A stretch of DNA of 64,000 nt. Origin: Blasia pusilla (Eukaryota). The notes below the pieces were generated by a model, which saw only the letters and a program-made list of their open reading frames with translations, was not told the origin of the DNA and ran no database searches. The stretch spans positions 11,036,001 through 11,100,000 of the forward strand of contig CM114271.1 in the NCBI GenBank assembly GCA_050084515.1. Direction: 5' to 3'. This document shows, piece by piece, positions 53,201 to 64,000 of the stretch (the first letter of the stretch is position 1; every line of letters begins with the position of its first letter). The position numbers and the translations under genes were made by a program.

Positions 53201-53866
53201 CTCTAGAATAAAGTCATCCGCATCATCTCTCTTGCTTCTTGCAAAGGTGGGGTACCTCAGCAGCCACTTGCGTGGTTGTGCCATTGGCGCTTTGTTATCT
53301 TCGCGACTGTGAGGACTTCCGCCACTTGATGGGGAAGGCACGTCCCCTGTAGTACCGTTATCCTTTTCTTCGCCCAAGCTATTGTGGTCAGATTGATCCC
53401 ACTCCTCTTATGGGTCTGGCCTCGGTGGTGATCAGGAGGTGAAGGCGACTTCCTCCTTTCTCGTCTTTGCCTAGTAGGCTTTGGACAAAAAGGGGAACGG
53501 TTCTTTGCATGTGTTCTTGGCATTCTCCAGGCACTTTGCTCTTCTCTTTCTCTTCTTTGTTGCTCAGATCTTTGCTCGCGCGTTTCAATGCTTCTTTCCC
53601 CATCCATCCAAAACTTCACAAGATTTTAAACGCCTCACCCCACACACAAGGCTCCACTCCATGGGAATGAAGACTCTTCAGATGAGCTTCTTAGTTCCAC
53701 GGTACTCTCTGCGCAGGAGGATCCTCTGTCAGCAGTACCCGTCTTACACCAAGTGGGGGTCCTACAAATTGTCCTACCGTACCCCACTCTCTTGCCTATC
53801 TCTCCTTGGTTGGGAGATCTAGTGATCCCCGGCAGCGGCGCCAAAATTTCCTTACCAAATTCCTTA
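47291..53866 (-). mobile_element. Two tandem decayed gag-protease regions of the tRNA-Asp-primed gypsy family
   Basis: Duplicated CCHC knuckles (WCSLCGTQGHIVPEC / WCSSCGTQGHTVPEC; LCGNCKKGGH), protease IDSG...LLIGRPWL, and pre-RT EYLDVFAY cut by the CACTA end. PBS at 53826-53843. Confidence 0.88.
48252..49536 (-). mobile_element. Solo LTR with perfect 5-bp TSD, inserted in its own family's gag-pol
   Basis: TCTCC|TGTAAT...GGGTTATCATA|TCTCC. Confidence 0.92.
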
Positions 53867-55320
53867 TGTAATGTACAACCCAAGGAAAAGATACCCTTTC
53901 TATCGAAAAGTATTAAGTTCATTCCCAAGAGACCACTATTTCTTGAGTAAAGAGAGGCCTTATTAGAAATAACAAGAATTAACTCTATCTTCACTTAAAA
54001 CGCTTCACTGACTCCAATAACTCTAACTTCACAAAGGTAAAGAAAATATAAGATGGTCTTCTTTCCTCATAGAAAATACTCTTCTCAAGTGTAGAGAAAA
54101 ACTCTCGTGAATCTGCAATAACAAAGCTCCACGAAGACCTCAAAAGAGACCTCAAGAATGGCGGCTCACCCTACTTTCATAACTAAATCTGTCATGGCAG
54201 GGTACTCATTGTCTAACAGCTTTCCTACGCTTTTTCCTCAACTCTCATCTCTACTGCATCCCAATAAGATCCACGTTCAATTTCGCATATCAGAATGAAT
54301 GAGAGAAGACTCTTCTTTACATCAAAGAGTGGAAAGAACTCAGAAGTAGTACAAGCTTTAGACAAAGCCCCCAACAAAACTCCTTACACACTCACCAAGA
54401 CTGCTGGTAAATTTAAGAGACACGGAACAGTATTGAGGAGTTCAAGATACAAGGGAAAATGATGATCCCTTTTTCTACTAATTTCTCTTTAAATAGTATT
54501 TACAATTCTGATTGATCTTCCTATTCTAATCTAGATTTCTAACTACTAATCCTAACTCTTTGATTCAAATTCTCCAACCCTCCATCTTCCTAAGACTGTT
54601 CATTGTCTTGGCGTTTCCTTTCTGCTTCCTTTTAAACTGTTGTAACCGCCGTGACTCTCCCTTTTTGGCTTCCGAAATTTCCGCGACGGTTGAGTCCTTG
54701 CAGTTCTTCGCAAAGACTCTTCCTAGTCTTTGTAGTCTTTATCTTTGCTATCCTATCTCCGCGCGAAGACTCTTATCCTTTTGCTGTTGTGAAGAGTCTT
54801 TATCCTCTTTCCTTAAGCTTTCTTCCAAGTATTCTCTATCTTTCTATTCCTCTTTGTAATATATCTCTCCACTTTTGTGAAGACTCTTTGACCTCTTCCG
54901 CTTCTTCCTCTTCCTTCTTTGAGTTCTTAGTCTTTGCTCTTGAGTCTTTGCTATTCTTTTCCAGTCTTCGTACAAAGACTATCTTCCATCTTCTTTACAA
55001 TGAAGCTTCCCCTCAATCTTTGTTGACACTCCTTTACATTGTTCTTTCTACGGTCTTCCTTGCGAAGCACCCAAGCTTTCTGTTCTAACTTCTATTCCTA
55101 TTTTTATACACCTCTCACTCTTCCAAGACAATCCTTAATCTTCTAACATCTCTTGTCCTCTCATCATTGTTCAACCAATTACTTCTCCCACACAATTTTA
55201 GTAAAGTAAGACCCTTTACCTCCAGTAGTGAGTCTTTAGTCTTCACTTCATAAAGACTTTACTATAACTCAGTACAAAAACCTAAAAATTTCAAAATTCT
55301 CATAAGAGTAGGTTATCACA
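53867..55320 (-). repeat. 5' LTR of the tRNA-Asp-primed gypsy family
   Basis: TGTAAT...GGTTATCACA, adjacent to the PBS and gag on the minus strand. Confidence 0.88.
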
Positions 55321-57038
55321 CGCTCCATCCAAAACTTCCAAAGATCTTCGTGCCAAGCGCCTCACCCATCACGCAAGGCTCCACTCCATGGGAATGAAGA
55401 CTCTTTGGATACTCTTCTTATTTCCATGGTACCCTTTGCGTAGGATGATCCTCCGCCACCAGTCCGGTCTTACACCAAGTGGGGATCCGACGACGTATTC
55501 TACTCCCATATCCCACTCTCACGCTACCTCTCCTTGCTTGGGAGATTTGGTGATCCCCGGTAACGGCGCAAAATTTTTCTTACCTACTTCCTTATGTAAT
55601 GTACAACTCAAGGAAAAAGGCACTCTTTTAATCACAAAGTATTAAGTTCGTTCCCAAGAGATCATCATTTTGTGAGGAAAGAGAGGTTTTATAAGAAATA
55701 TTAAGAAGAACTCCTTCTTCACTAAGTGCTTCACTAATTACAATAACTAAGTCTTCACTAGTATTAAGGAACAAAATGGTTTTCTTCCCTCTTGAAAAAG
55801 ACTCTTCTCAAGTGCAGACAAAGACTCTTTCGAATCTTGAATAACAAAGTTCTAACAAAGACCTCAAAGAGACCTCAAGAAGGAGTGGCTCATCCTACTT
55901 TCAGAACTAAATCCGTTAGGGTAGGTTACTCATTGTCTAATGGCTTTCCTACGCTCTTCCTGATTATCTTCTAGAATTCCAAAATCACAAGACTCAACTC
56001 TCATTCCTACTGCAGCCCTATAAGGTTTTACACTCAACTTTGCACATCACAAAGCACGAGAGAAGACACTTCAACTGCATCCAAGAGTGGAAAGAACTAT
56101 AACGTATTGCAAGCTTCCAAGGGTATAAGACTCTTTGGGTTGTATCATCCCCAAAGAACTCCTTATACAACCCACCAAGACTACTGGTAATATCAAGATA
56201 CAAGGGAATGACCCCTTACTCTTCTTCTCTATTCTTTAAATAGTCTCTTTCAATTCCTGATTGATCTTGCTATTCTACTCTAAATTTCTAACTGATGATC
56301 CTACCCTCCTTGGTTCAGATTCTCCAACCCTTCACCTTCCTTAGTCGATTGGTTACCTTGGAAATTCAGTTCCGCTCCCTTTTAAACCGATGCCCCTCTT
56401 CATTTCCGACTTCCAAAACTGCCGCGACAGTTTGGTCTTCACAGTCTCCGCGCTCTTCGTAGTCTTATCTTCACGATCCTACCTTCGCAAAGACTCTTAT
56501 CCTAATGCCGTTGCAAAGAGTCCTCCTTCGACTTTCTTTCTTTCCGCTTTCTTCCAAAATATTATTTCTCTTTCTCTTTCTATACTTCCTACACCTTTCT
56601 GCTTTTTTTGTGAAGACTCTTTCATTCCTCTTCCTTCTTAGAGTTTAGTCTTTGATCTTGGATCTTGGTTCTTTGTACCCAATATTTGCACAAAGACTAC
56701 CTTCAGTCTTTTTTTACAAAGAAGCTTTTTCCAGCCTTTGTTGACAGTCTTCACCATTATTCCTATTGCGGTCTTCCTTGCAAAGTACCCGCGCTTCTTA
56801 TTCCAACTTCTGTTCCCATACTTTCCTACTTTTACAAAATTCTCACTCTTCCAAGATAGTCCTTAATCTCTAACTATCTCTTGTCCTTTCATCAGATTTC
56901 TGTCAGTCAATGTTTTCACACAATTTTGTTTAAGTATACGTCTTTACTTATGGTATTGAGTCTTTAGTCTTCACTCAAGGAAGACTTATGTACAAAAAAT
57001 GATCTTTCTGTCAAAATTTTAAAAACGTGGGCACTACA
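55321..57038 (-). mobile_element. Further LTR (55595-57038) with PBS and truncated leader
   Basis: TGTAAT...GTGGGCACTACA. The leader at 55321-55594 duplicates about 53600-53866. Confidence 0.85.
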
Positions 57039-59522
57039 AGATCTGATACTATCAACCTCGATTGGTGATGAGATTGTGATACGTATTGAGAGTTTGCAGA
57101 GTGCAAGAGATTGAGACGCATCTGCTGATGCCGACAGGTAGTCCGCATCTATTGATTGGAGGTTTTGACGTGATGTACGAGGAGATGGTTGTGTTGTTGA
57201 GGTTACCATATCCCGTGGAGGAGTTGGCGTTGATGATGCAATAGATTGGCGAGCGTATTCAGGTTACCCATTCGAGTCCCTTTTCTCGCACTTGTTTCGT
57301 GTCCTTTAGGGTGTTAGGTATCCGGTAGAGCTAGTTCTAGATGGGTATAGTCATGGTGACAAGTGTAGACTTCTTTCATGTGTAGCATGTTTGTACAGCG
57401 GTTGCAGAGAAGGGGTCAAGTGTATGACCTGAGCATATGTTGGTGATTAGGTGAGATAGTTGGGAGGCTTAGGGTGAGCCCAAGTGTTGAGTGTGCGTGA
57501 GGCCGGGTGTGTCATCACGGGATTACCACTAGCATAGATGAGCTAGTGAGGAGTGTGGGAGACTCTTGGTGAGTGTGAGTGTTTGAGTGGGTGAGACAAG
57601 GTGATCATCACGACGTTCTTCCAAGGTTGGGAAGAACGGGGTAGTTGAGCAGTAGTGGTGGTGGTGTGACACGGAGTGGAGTGAGATATCGAGAGGTTTT
57701 TAGTGAGGAGCCACCTCGACTTCCATTTGTGGCTCGATCATCATCACTAGACAACGATTATGGTAACGAGATGACACACGGAGGCAGTGTCACTTGGCAG
57801 GAGATGGACGACATGAGCCATTCTGGCATATGTCATTTTTCAGGTGCAGTGGGCACCATCGACTTGAATGACTTCATCCAAGAGTTCGACACGTGGTGCA
57901 ATTTCCAAGAGATACGGACTATGATACGGTTCAACCCTTTTATGGCAAGGAGGAGGTTGTTCCATCACTTGGAGGGTACGCCAATGAATGATTATATGGA
58001 GTTATGATCTTTACACTCTATAGAGATCGATGGGTGGAGCATATATTGGGCTCTCGTATATGTGTCAACTAGTGGTTGTGAGGCATATGATGGGCTCGTG
58101 AGAGGAGAGAGACTCACACCATCAGCCCGGAGACTAGATGGAGAGGAGGGCAATGACTCAGGAAATATGGCAGAGACCTCTAGTGGTTGAGGACCACCCA
58201 GCTTCAATCCCATAGTGGAGTTTTTCCAAGAGCTGGGGAAGAGCTACCAAGGCGTACGCATTGACAAGCTAAAAAGTCTACAGGATTTTTGAGCGACGAT
58301 CGGGTGAGAGTCTGAGATAGGTATTCACGTGCATGAGGAGGATGATCATTGCTACTTATGGAGTGACTGAGGCGCAATCATTCTAGTATTGGTATGGGGT
58401 TCTAGACCGAGAACTATGGAGGAGAGTCCGAGATGCGGTGCTCATTCATACGGCAAAGCCCACATTGAAGGTGGTCTTCGAGTTGTCTGAGCGTATTGAG
58501 CTCAACATGAGTGAGGAGCAAGTAGTGACTATTGGATTTTCTCTAGAGTCAACGGGTCCACAAGAGATGGTAACCCCACATGTGCCACAACGAGCACGAG
58601 TACGACAGGAGCAAGCCACTTTGCCTAGAGAGGAGGGCGTATGCACTACTTGTGCAGCAACGTGGACTCCAAGATAGGTCAACTGTGGCACCACGACCTC
58701 AGGGAGGATACCGGGGGGCCGTGCCACAGAGACATGCGCCTTCGTATGCAACTTAGTAGCAGCCGCCTAGTATTACTTGTTGGTCATATGGTGAAGCCCA
58801 TCATCAGCGCGATTGCACTCGTCAAGGTCACAAACGTGTGCCTCAGCATGGAGGAGGAGATGATGCTGCACCAGGAGGTTATCAATGTGACTATTGTTAC
58901 AGGTATGGTCATACACGCGCCACGTATTTCAGGTTTACATCCTAAGTTACGTCCGGACCGAGGGCCAAAGTAGGCGGTCCAGGTGGGCGTAGAGATCATG
59001 CACCAGGTGGCCCCGTTGGGGGATGAGGAGCTCGACTTGCTCAACAGGGTGGTGGAGCTGCCTGTGGAGGAGGTAGAGTACCACCACCTAGACGTGTTGA
59101 GGGAGACGCCAGACGTGAGGCTAGGATGGCTGCTCAGATACACCAACAAAATGAGCAGATTGCCGTTATGGCATTGAGGTTACCCAATGCCGGATCCGTG
59201 GCATCGACATCATATGGAGCAGCTTGGGATGTGGAGGATCCTGGTTGGATGTGCGGGGTTGCCCTGATGGAGGCAGCCGCAGTTGTGACATGTGGAGCAG
59301 CCGGAGAGTTGGATCCACAGCGAGGGGAAGCTTGGAAAAAGACTAGGCTTCCTCAGTCTTTCACGTTGTCCGAGGCGATGAAGACCCCATCCATGGGTCC
59401 TGATCAAAGTTCTTGGAGAGTTGGTGATGTTGTGGGTGTGCAAGCATTGAGGGCGATGGGAGAAGCAAGTATGACAACTCCTATTGTTGATGCTCAAGAG
59501 GGGCATGTGTCGAGCACGTTGT
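57039..59522 (+). mobile_element. Gypsy leader, gag and downstream ORF fragment (PHD-integrase group), cut by the DNA element at 59523
   Basis: GAVGTIDLNDFIQEFDTWC gag. 58640-59520 is a close reverse-complement match to about 495-1390. Confidence 0.88.
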
Positions 59523-59748
59523 GGGGGCTGGTATTCTGGCAAGAGAGAGGAAGAGAGGAAGAGAGGAGAGTCTCTCTTAAAAAAAAAGGGCCAAATCCGC
59601 CTCCTCTCTTCAAAACTTGTCCTTTATTACATCCGAAAGAAGCTCGGAACTGTACATTTGATCTATTCTATGAATTATTTTGCCTCGTCATCAAATAAAT
59701 CCCTACTCCAAACGCTGAAGTCAAGCTGGGTCCTTGAGTTCTTTGAAC

Positions 59749-62700
59749 TCACTCGTCATCGTCTGAGAGCTCTTCCAGAATTACTCTCGGCCTTGCCCTC
59801 CCAATTTTTGGAATCGTGGGAAGTGACGATGGTGTCACTACCAATGGTGGGTGTGGAACCGGAGCTCTTGGCTTTGGAGGAGAGTTGTACGCCCCAACTA
59901 GCCTGTCGTAATCTGCCTTTGCCTCTTTGCAAAGGTCAAACAGTTGATACCTTCCCTCAAGGTAGAGAATGTTCCTGCCACTTTGCGAGGCGCCTCTAAT
60001 ACGGGTTGCATTTACCCAATGGAGACTTACAATAAATTTGCAACCCGTCGCTTTTAGACGGATTGCACCACCAAAGTCTCCAGCTCAAACAATCCGACGA
60101 GTTGCATGCAGAGATGCAACCCGTCGGAGAAAGACAATTTGGATACGGATTTAGAGCCCTTACCCGAATTTGACTCATCGCGGATCGGAGTGGGTACTCG
60201 TTCTTGATGACCCACAATTGCATTGTCCTCCACTTCAATGACCTCTTGACGCACTGGAGGATGAAGAGCTCGTTCTGGCTCCCTCTAGTCAAAACTAAGA
60301 GACATCCCCTGTCACTGAGATAGGCGTCTGCAAAGGAAAATAGGAGCGTGATCTGATCATGAGAAAGAGGGACATTCCAATATGGGACCCCGTTGGACGG
60401 ATTCTCGTCCCACAAGCGCAACCCCGAGGGAAAATCAGCGACGAGGAGATCCACCGCCACATCTTTGACCTCCCCATGGACCGTCCAGGGAGCGTGCCCA
60501 TTTTGTTGAAGCTTCCGTCCCAGCGTTGCCAATTTCTCGATGGCGGGTGTCGACACTTGTGAACTGAAACTTTTCAGCTCATCCAGAAGATTACTGCACT
60601 GAATGATGACGCTTGTCCGGGTCATTGTTTCTCTATGTCTTCCCAAGGATGATGGAGTGTATTCCACATCCTGGTCTGCTCCCTAGGACAACCCTGGGGC
60701 CTCTCGCTTCCGCTTCTCCCGAGTCTGCGGTCGGCTTGTTGGGGTCTCTATTACCACAGACTCTGATGGAGTTTTTTTTGCGGAGGACCTGGTCCGACCC
60801 TCTCTCCCTGCTCGCCCGGACGATTCTGCCTCTCGGCTTGAATTCTCAGCCTCTCTTTGGGAAGACTCGGCCTCGGAATTCTTCGATCCCCTCACCTTGG
60901 CTTTGAGACCCGGTGTAGATTTGTCCTTGGCAGTGACGACCTTGGACACCAACTCCGCTGTCTTGAGGGCTTGCTCCTCCGCATCTCCTTCAAAAAAGTC
61001 TTCATCCTGCACAAAATTGGGGATGTCATCCCTACTTGCGGTCACTGCATCATAGAGCAGGCGTAGATTTTCTCGGTTATGTCCTCAGGGTCGTTAAAGT
61101 CCAGCCAGATCGGGCAATTCTCCACCTCTGAGTCGGACATGCTTTGAGCCATTTCCATGTCGTACATGGAAAATGTCTCTCCATCAGGCGGAGAAGTCCA
61201 CAGTTTGCAGGCTGCCAATATTTTTCGCCATGTACCTACATTCTTACAATGGATGAGATACCTGAACACCATCCGTTGGGCAACTCTTAGTCGAGATGCA
61301 TCGGCCGCCTGCTCCTGAAGATCTCGCTTCTTCTTTTCGAAATCCCTTTTCTTCGCCTCTATTTCTTCATCAATGTCTGCCTGAGGGAGGATGCGATCCT
61401 TGAACATTGTCATGAAGCCTAGGTTTTTTATGGGCTTGTCTCGCATGTCATCAAGCCAAAGTTCAAAATCTTCAGCACTCTCCAGGTTTACTTCCTCCGG
61501 AACTGGCTCTATTCTTTTCAACTCCGCTTGGAGACCCACGAGCATGGACTTCCCAAGAAGCTGCAACGCGTCCCACCATGACCATTCACGGAGCCAGTGG
61601 GAGATCACTGGATCAGAGACACCCGGAGGATGGCGTGCCGCCCTCTTTTGGGCCTCTATGCCCTCCAGACTGATTTTCATCGGTCGGATTCTCCTAAATT
61701 CTGAAATTTAGGACAAGGCAAATCGATGGACGCGGTCAAGAGACACTTTCTCCCCAATCCGACCCTGCGGATCTTCATCCCTCTTCCACTGGCGCTTGAT
61801 TATTGCCTTCAGCTCCTTGTAGAAATCGAGGCCAAGTTCTGGGTTGAGAATGGCGATGTAGCACTGCATCTTGCTTGCCGTGTACTTCGTAGCTGCAGAT
61901 ACTGCAGCTTGGATGAATTTAGCACGCCGGATTACGACACTTTCTCCCTCCGCTCCAGCTCCAATGCAACGCTCTTCTTGGTGGCCTGTATCTTCGACCA
62001 ACAAAGGATTGTCACGGCTGCATCTTGGGAAATAAATGTATTTGCCCAAGTCTTTTTTTTTATTTGAGCACCCTTTGCCAGCATTTACAAGGACGTCGCC
62101 CAAGAATCCCTTGTACTCTGCCGGGTGCGTCGTTAGCACTTTCTTCATGCGATTGCAATCCTGGATCCAGTGGTGGGTGACATTCCCCTCCGATGCAATC
62201 CTGCACATCCAAACTCAATATCATAATTTTTGCAAGCTACATGGGTTCCTGCAACCCGTCAGACTCTGACAGGTTGTCACAGCTCATGGTCGGAATGGTT
62301 GCTACGAGCTAAATTTTGCAACCCATCGGAGTCCGACGGATTGCATTCAGATTTGTGATTTCCTGGTTTCAACCCGTCAGACTCCGACAGGTTGTCAGAT
62401 AGTTTGTATTAAGAGAGTTGTTTCCGCGAGAAAAGTGAACATATCAACCCGTCGGAGTCCGACAGGTTGCGCAATTTCAATTAAAGCTGCAATTCGATGC
62501 CAAAAATCAAACTCCCCTACTCCGATTACCTTCTTGTGTCGGTGAATGCAACCTTTCGGACTCCGACGAGTTGCTTTCAGCCAAAAACATCAAAAAATAA
62601 CGACCAGTCAAGCAACTCGTCGAACTCCGACGAGTTGCTTTCTTCCAAAAACATCCAAAAATAGCAGCCAGTCAAGCAACTCGTCGGACTCCAACGAGTT

Positions 62701-63968
62701 GCTTTCGGCCAAAAACATCCTATACCATTGGTCAGTCGAACAACTCGTCGGACTCCGACGAGTTGCTTTCGGCCAAAAACATCCAAAAACACCGGCCAGT
62801 CGAGCAACTCGTCAGACTTCGATGAGTTGCTTTCGGCCAAAAACATCCTAAAGCAGTGGTCAGTCGAACAACTCGTCGGACTCCGACGAGTTGCTTTCGG
62901 CCAAAAACATCCTAAAATAGCGGCCAGTCAAGCAACTTGTCGGACTCCGACGAGTTGCTTTTGGCCAAAAACATGCCAAAAATAGTGGAGAGTCAAACAA
63001 GTTGTCGGAGTCCGACGGTTTGCGGCAAGAGGAAACTTACGTGTTCATGGCATGCATTGCCATCTCCATCGTTGCCATGTGATGAGGGTATGGATGTAGC
63101 ACGACTGCCTTCATGCAAAAATGCGCCTCCAATGAGTTTGGGCGCTCCTCTCTAAACTGGGTCCACGCCATGAACCTGTGGTTTCCATCCCACATGAAGA
63201 AATACAAGTTCCGCATCCAACTGAATTCCGTCCCCTCAATCGCCCTTCTGAATTCCTGATCTCTCATCCTCCAGAATGTGTCGAGCGCTTCCAAGTCCTC
63301 CTCCGTAACCAGCGCTTAGGTTCCATGTTCATCGTAAGGCTGAACATAGAATAGAGTGAAGCTGTTGATGTAGGATGTTGTCGATGCCGATTGTTTCAGC
63401 TTCGCAATATCCTCGTTAGACTGAATTTTGCACACGTACTCCATTGTCCGCAATCGGCAAAGTGGAATTCTCAAGGCGTTCTGGCCCTCCATCAGGGACA
63501 AGTTCAATAAACTACATTGAATTGCCAATGAATTGCAACATGGCCCTTCACATAACTCAAAGATGCAAGATCGTTTCTTACCCACTCGAAGATTGGGTTG
63601 ATGTCTTGGCCAGCCAAGTGCTCTGGGACAGTAGTTGGCAAGTCCACTGGAAACTTGTCGATCCGATAGAGGTTGATTTCTTCCGCCAGGCTAAGAGACG
63701 AGGAAGACCGCTCTCCTGCTTCTTCAGCGATGTCCACCATCTCCACGCTGGGGGTCCTCATGACCTCATGGTCAGTCACTCGAACTTCGTCCGTTTCTGC
63801 TATATTGATTGTGTCCCCGGACTTCATCGGGGATATTTCCTGCATCTCAACACTTTTGGTTGGACGGGCCGCGCTTTCTTCAATGGCAATCGCTTTTTCC
63901 CTTCGAGCTTTTGCCAATTCTGCTCTCCTCACCGATGCGTCCATTCGCCTTCTTAACACGTTTTGCAA
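59749..63968 (-). pseudogene. Spliced gene: ParB-like domain plus amino-methyltransferase-like domain
   Basis: Collinear ORFs separated by single in-frame stops (63316, 61708, 60683) or frameshifts. An in-frame GT-AG intron spans about 63038-62201. Motifs: FFMWDGNHRFMAW; VDLLVADFPSG...VPYWN...FADAYLSDRGCLLV; last exon IRGASQSGRNILYLEG. Confidence 0.65.
62548..63023. repeat. Intronic tandem array, 64-bp unit, about 7.5 copies, each with a 27-bp palindrome
   Basis: GCAACTCGTCGGACTCCGACGAGTTGC followed by TTTCGGCCAAAAACATC and a more variable 20 bp. Unit starts at 62548, 62612, 62676 and onward. Confidence 0.95.
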
Positions 63969-64000
63969 GAAGCTCCTGCTTGTGCATCTCCGCTGCCCTT

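Larger units (their letters stand above)
59523..64000. mobile_element. Putative DNA transposon (possibly Mutator-like), one terminus visible, running off the window
   Basis: Abrupt switch from gypsy sequence to GGGGGCTGGTATTC, the same terminus as the 30087-30723 element. Both share the palindromic motif. No transposase is visible in the window. Confidence 0.65.

Noticed and set aside
53824-53843. tRNA-Asp-like sequence
   Set aside because: Only the 3' 18-20 nt including CCA are present, so it is a primer-binding site and not a tRNA gene.
54560-55088. Hydrophobic ORFs in LTRs (also 48949-49336 and 56390-56859)
   Set aside because: They arise from CT-rich LTR sequence, and the frames are not conserved between LTR copies.
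62548-63023. CRISPR-like appearance (palindromic repeat with variable linker)
   Set aside because: The linkers are short and related to each other, there are no cas genes, and the array sits in a eukaryotic intron. It is a tandem repeat.

Overview
This window is eukaryotic, transposon-dense DNA, most likely from a non-seed land plant (inferred from the TE families; the organism cannot be fixed from sequence alone). It contains no intact host gene. It is a nest of decayed elements: several Ty3/gypsy families with solo LTRs, three Ty1/copia pieces, a hAT element with TIRs and a near-perfect 8-bp TSD (9668-14452), and CACTA termini around a disrupted transposase (16545-47290). Two things stand out. 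(1) A Ty3/gypsy element (25037-32567) has a DDE integrase ending in a PHD finger, a 4-bp TSD and an apparent self-priming site. Its ends are split repeats in the order A...B-A-B with a palindromic GACAgcTGTC junction, not ordinary LTRs, and a divergent relative in the window shows a consistent pattern. This suggests integration from a circular intermediate. (2) A putative Mutator-like DNA element (59523 to the window end) carries a spliced, decayed gene with a ParB-like DGNHR domain and an amino (N6A/N4C) methyltransferase-like domain. It also has arrays of a 27-bp palindrome, and a short non-autonomous derivative sits at about 30087-30723. All domain calls are from motifs read by eye; no searches were run.
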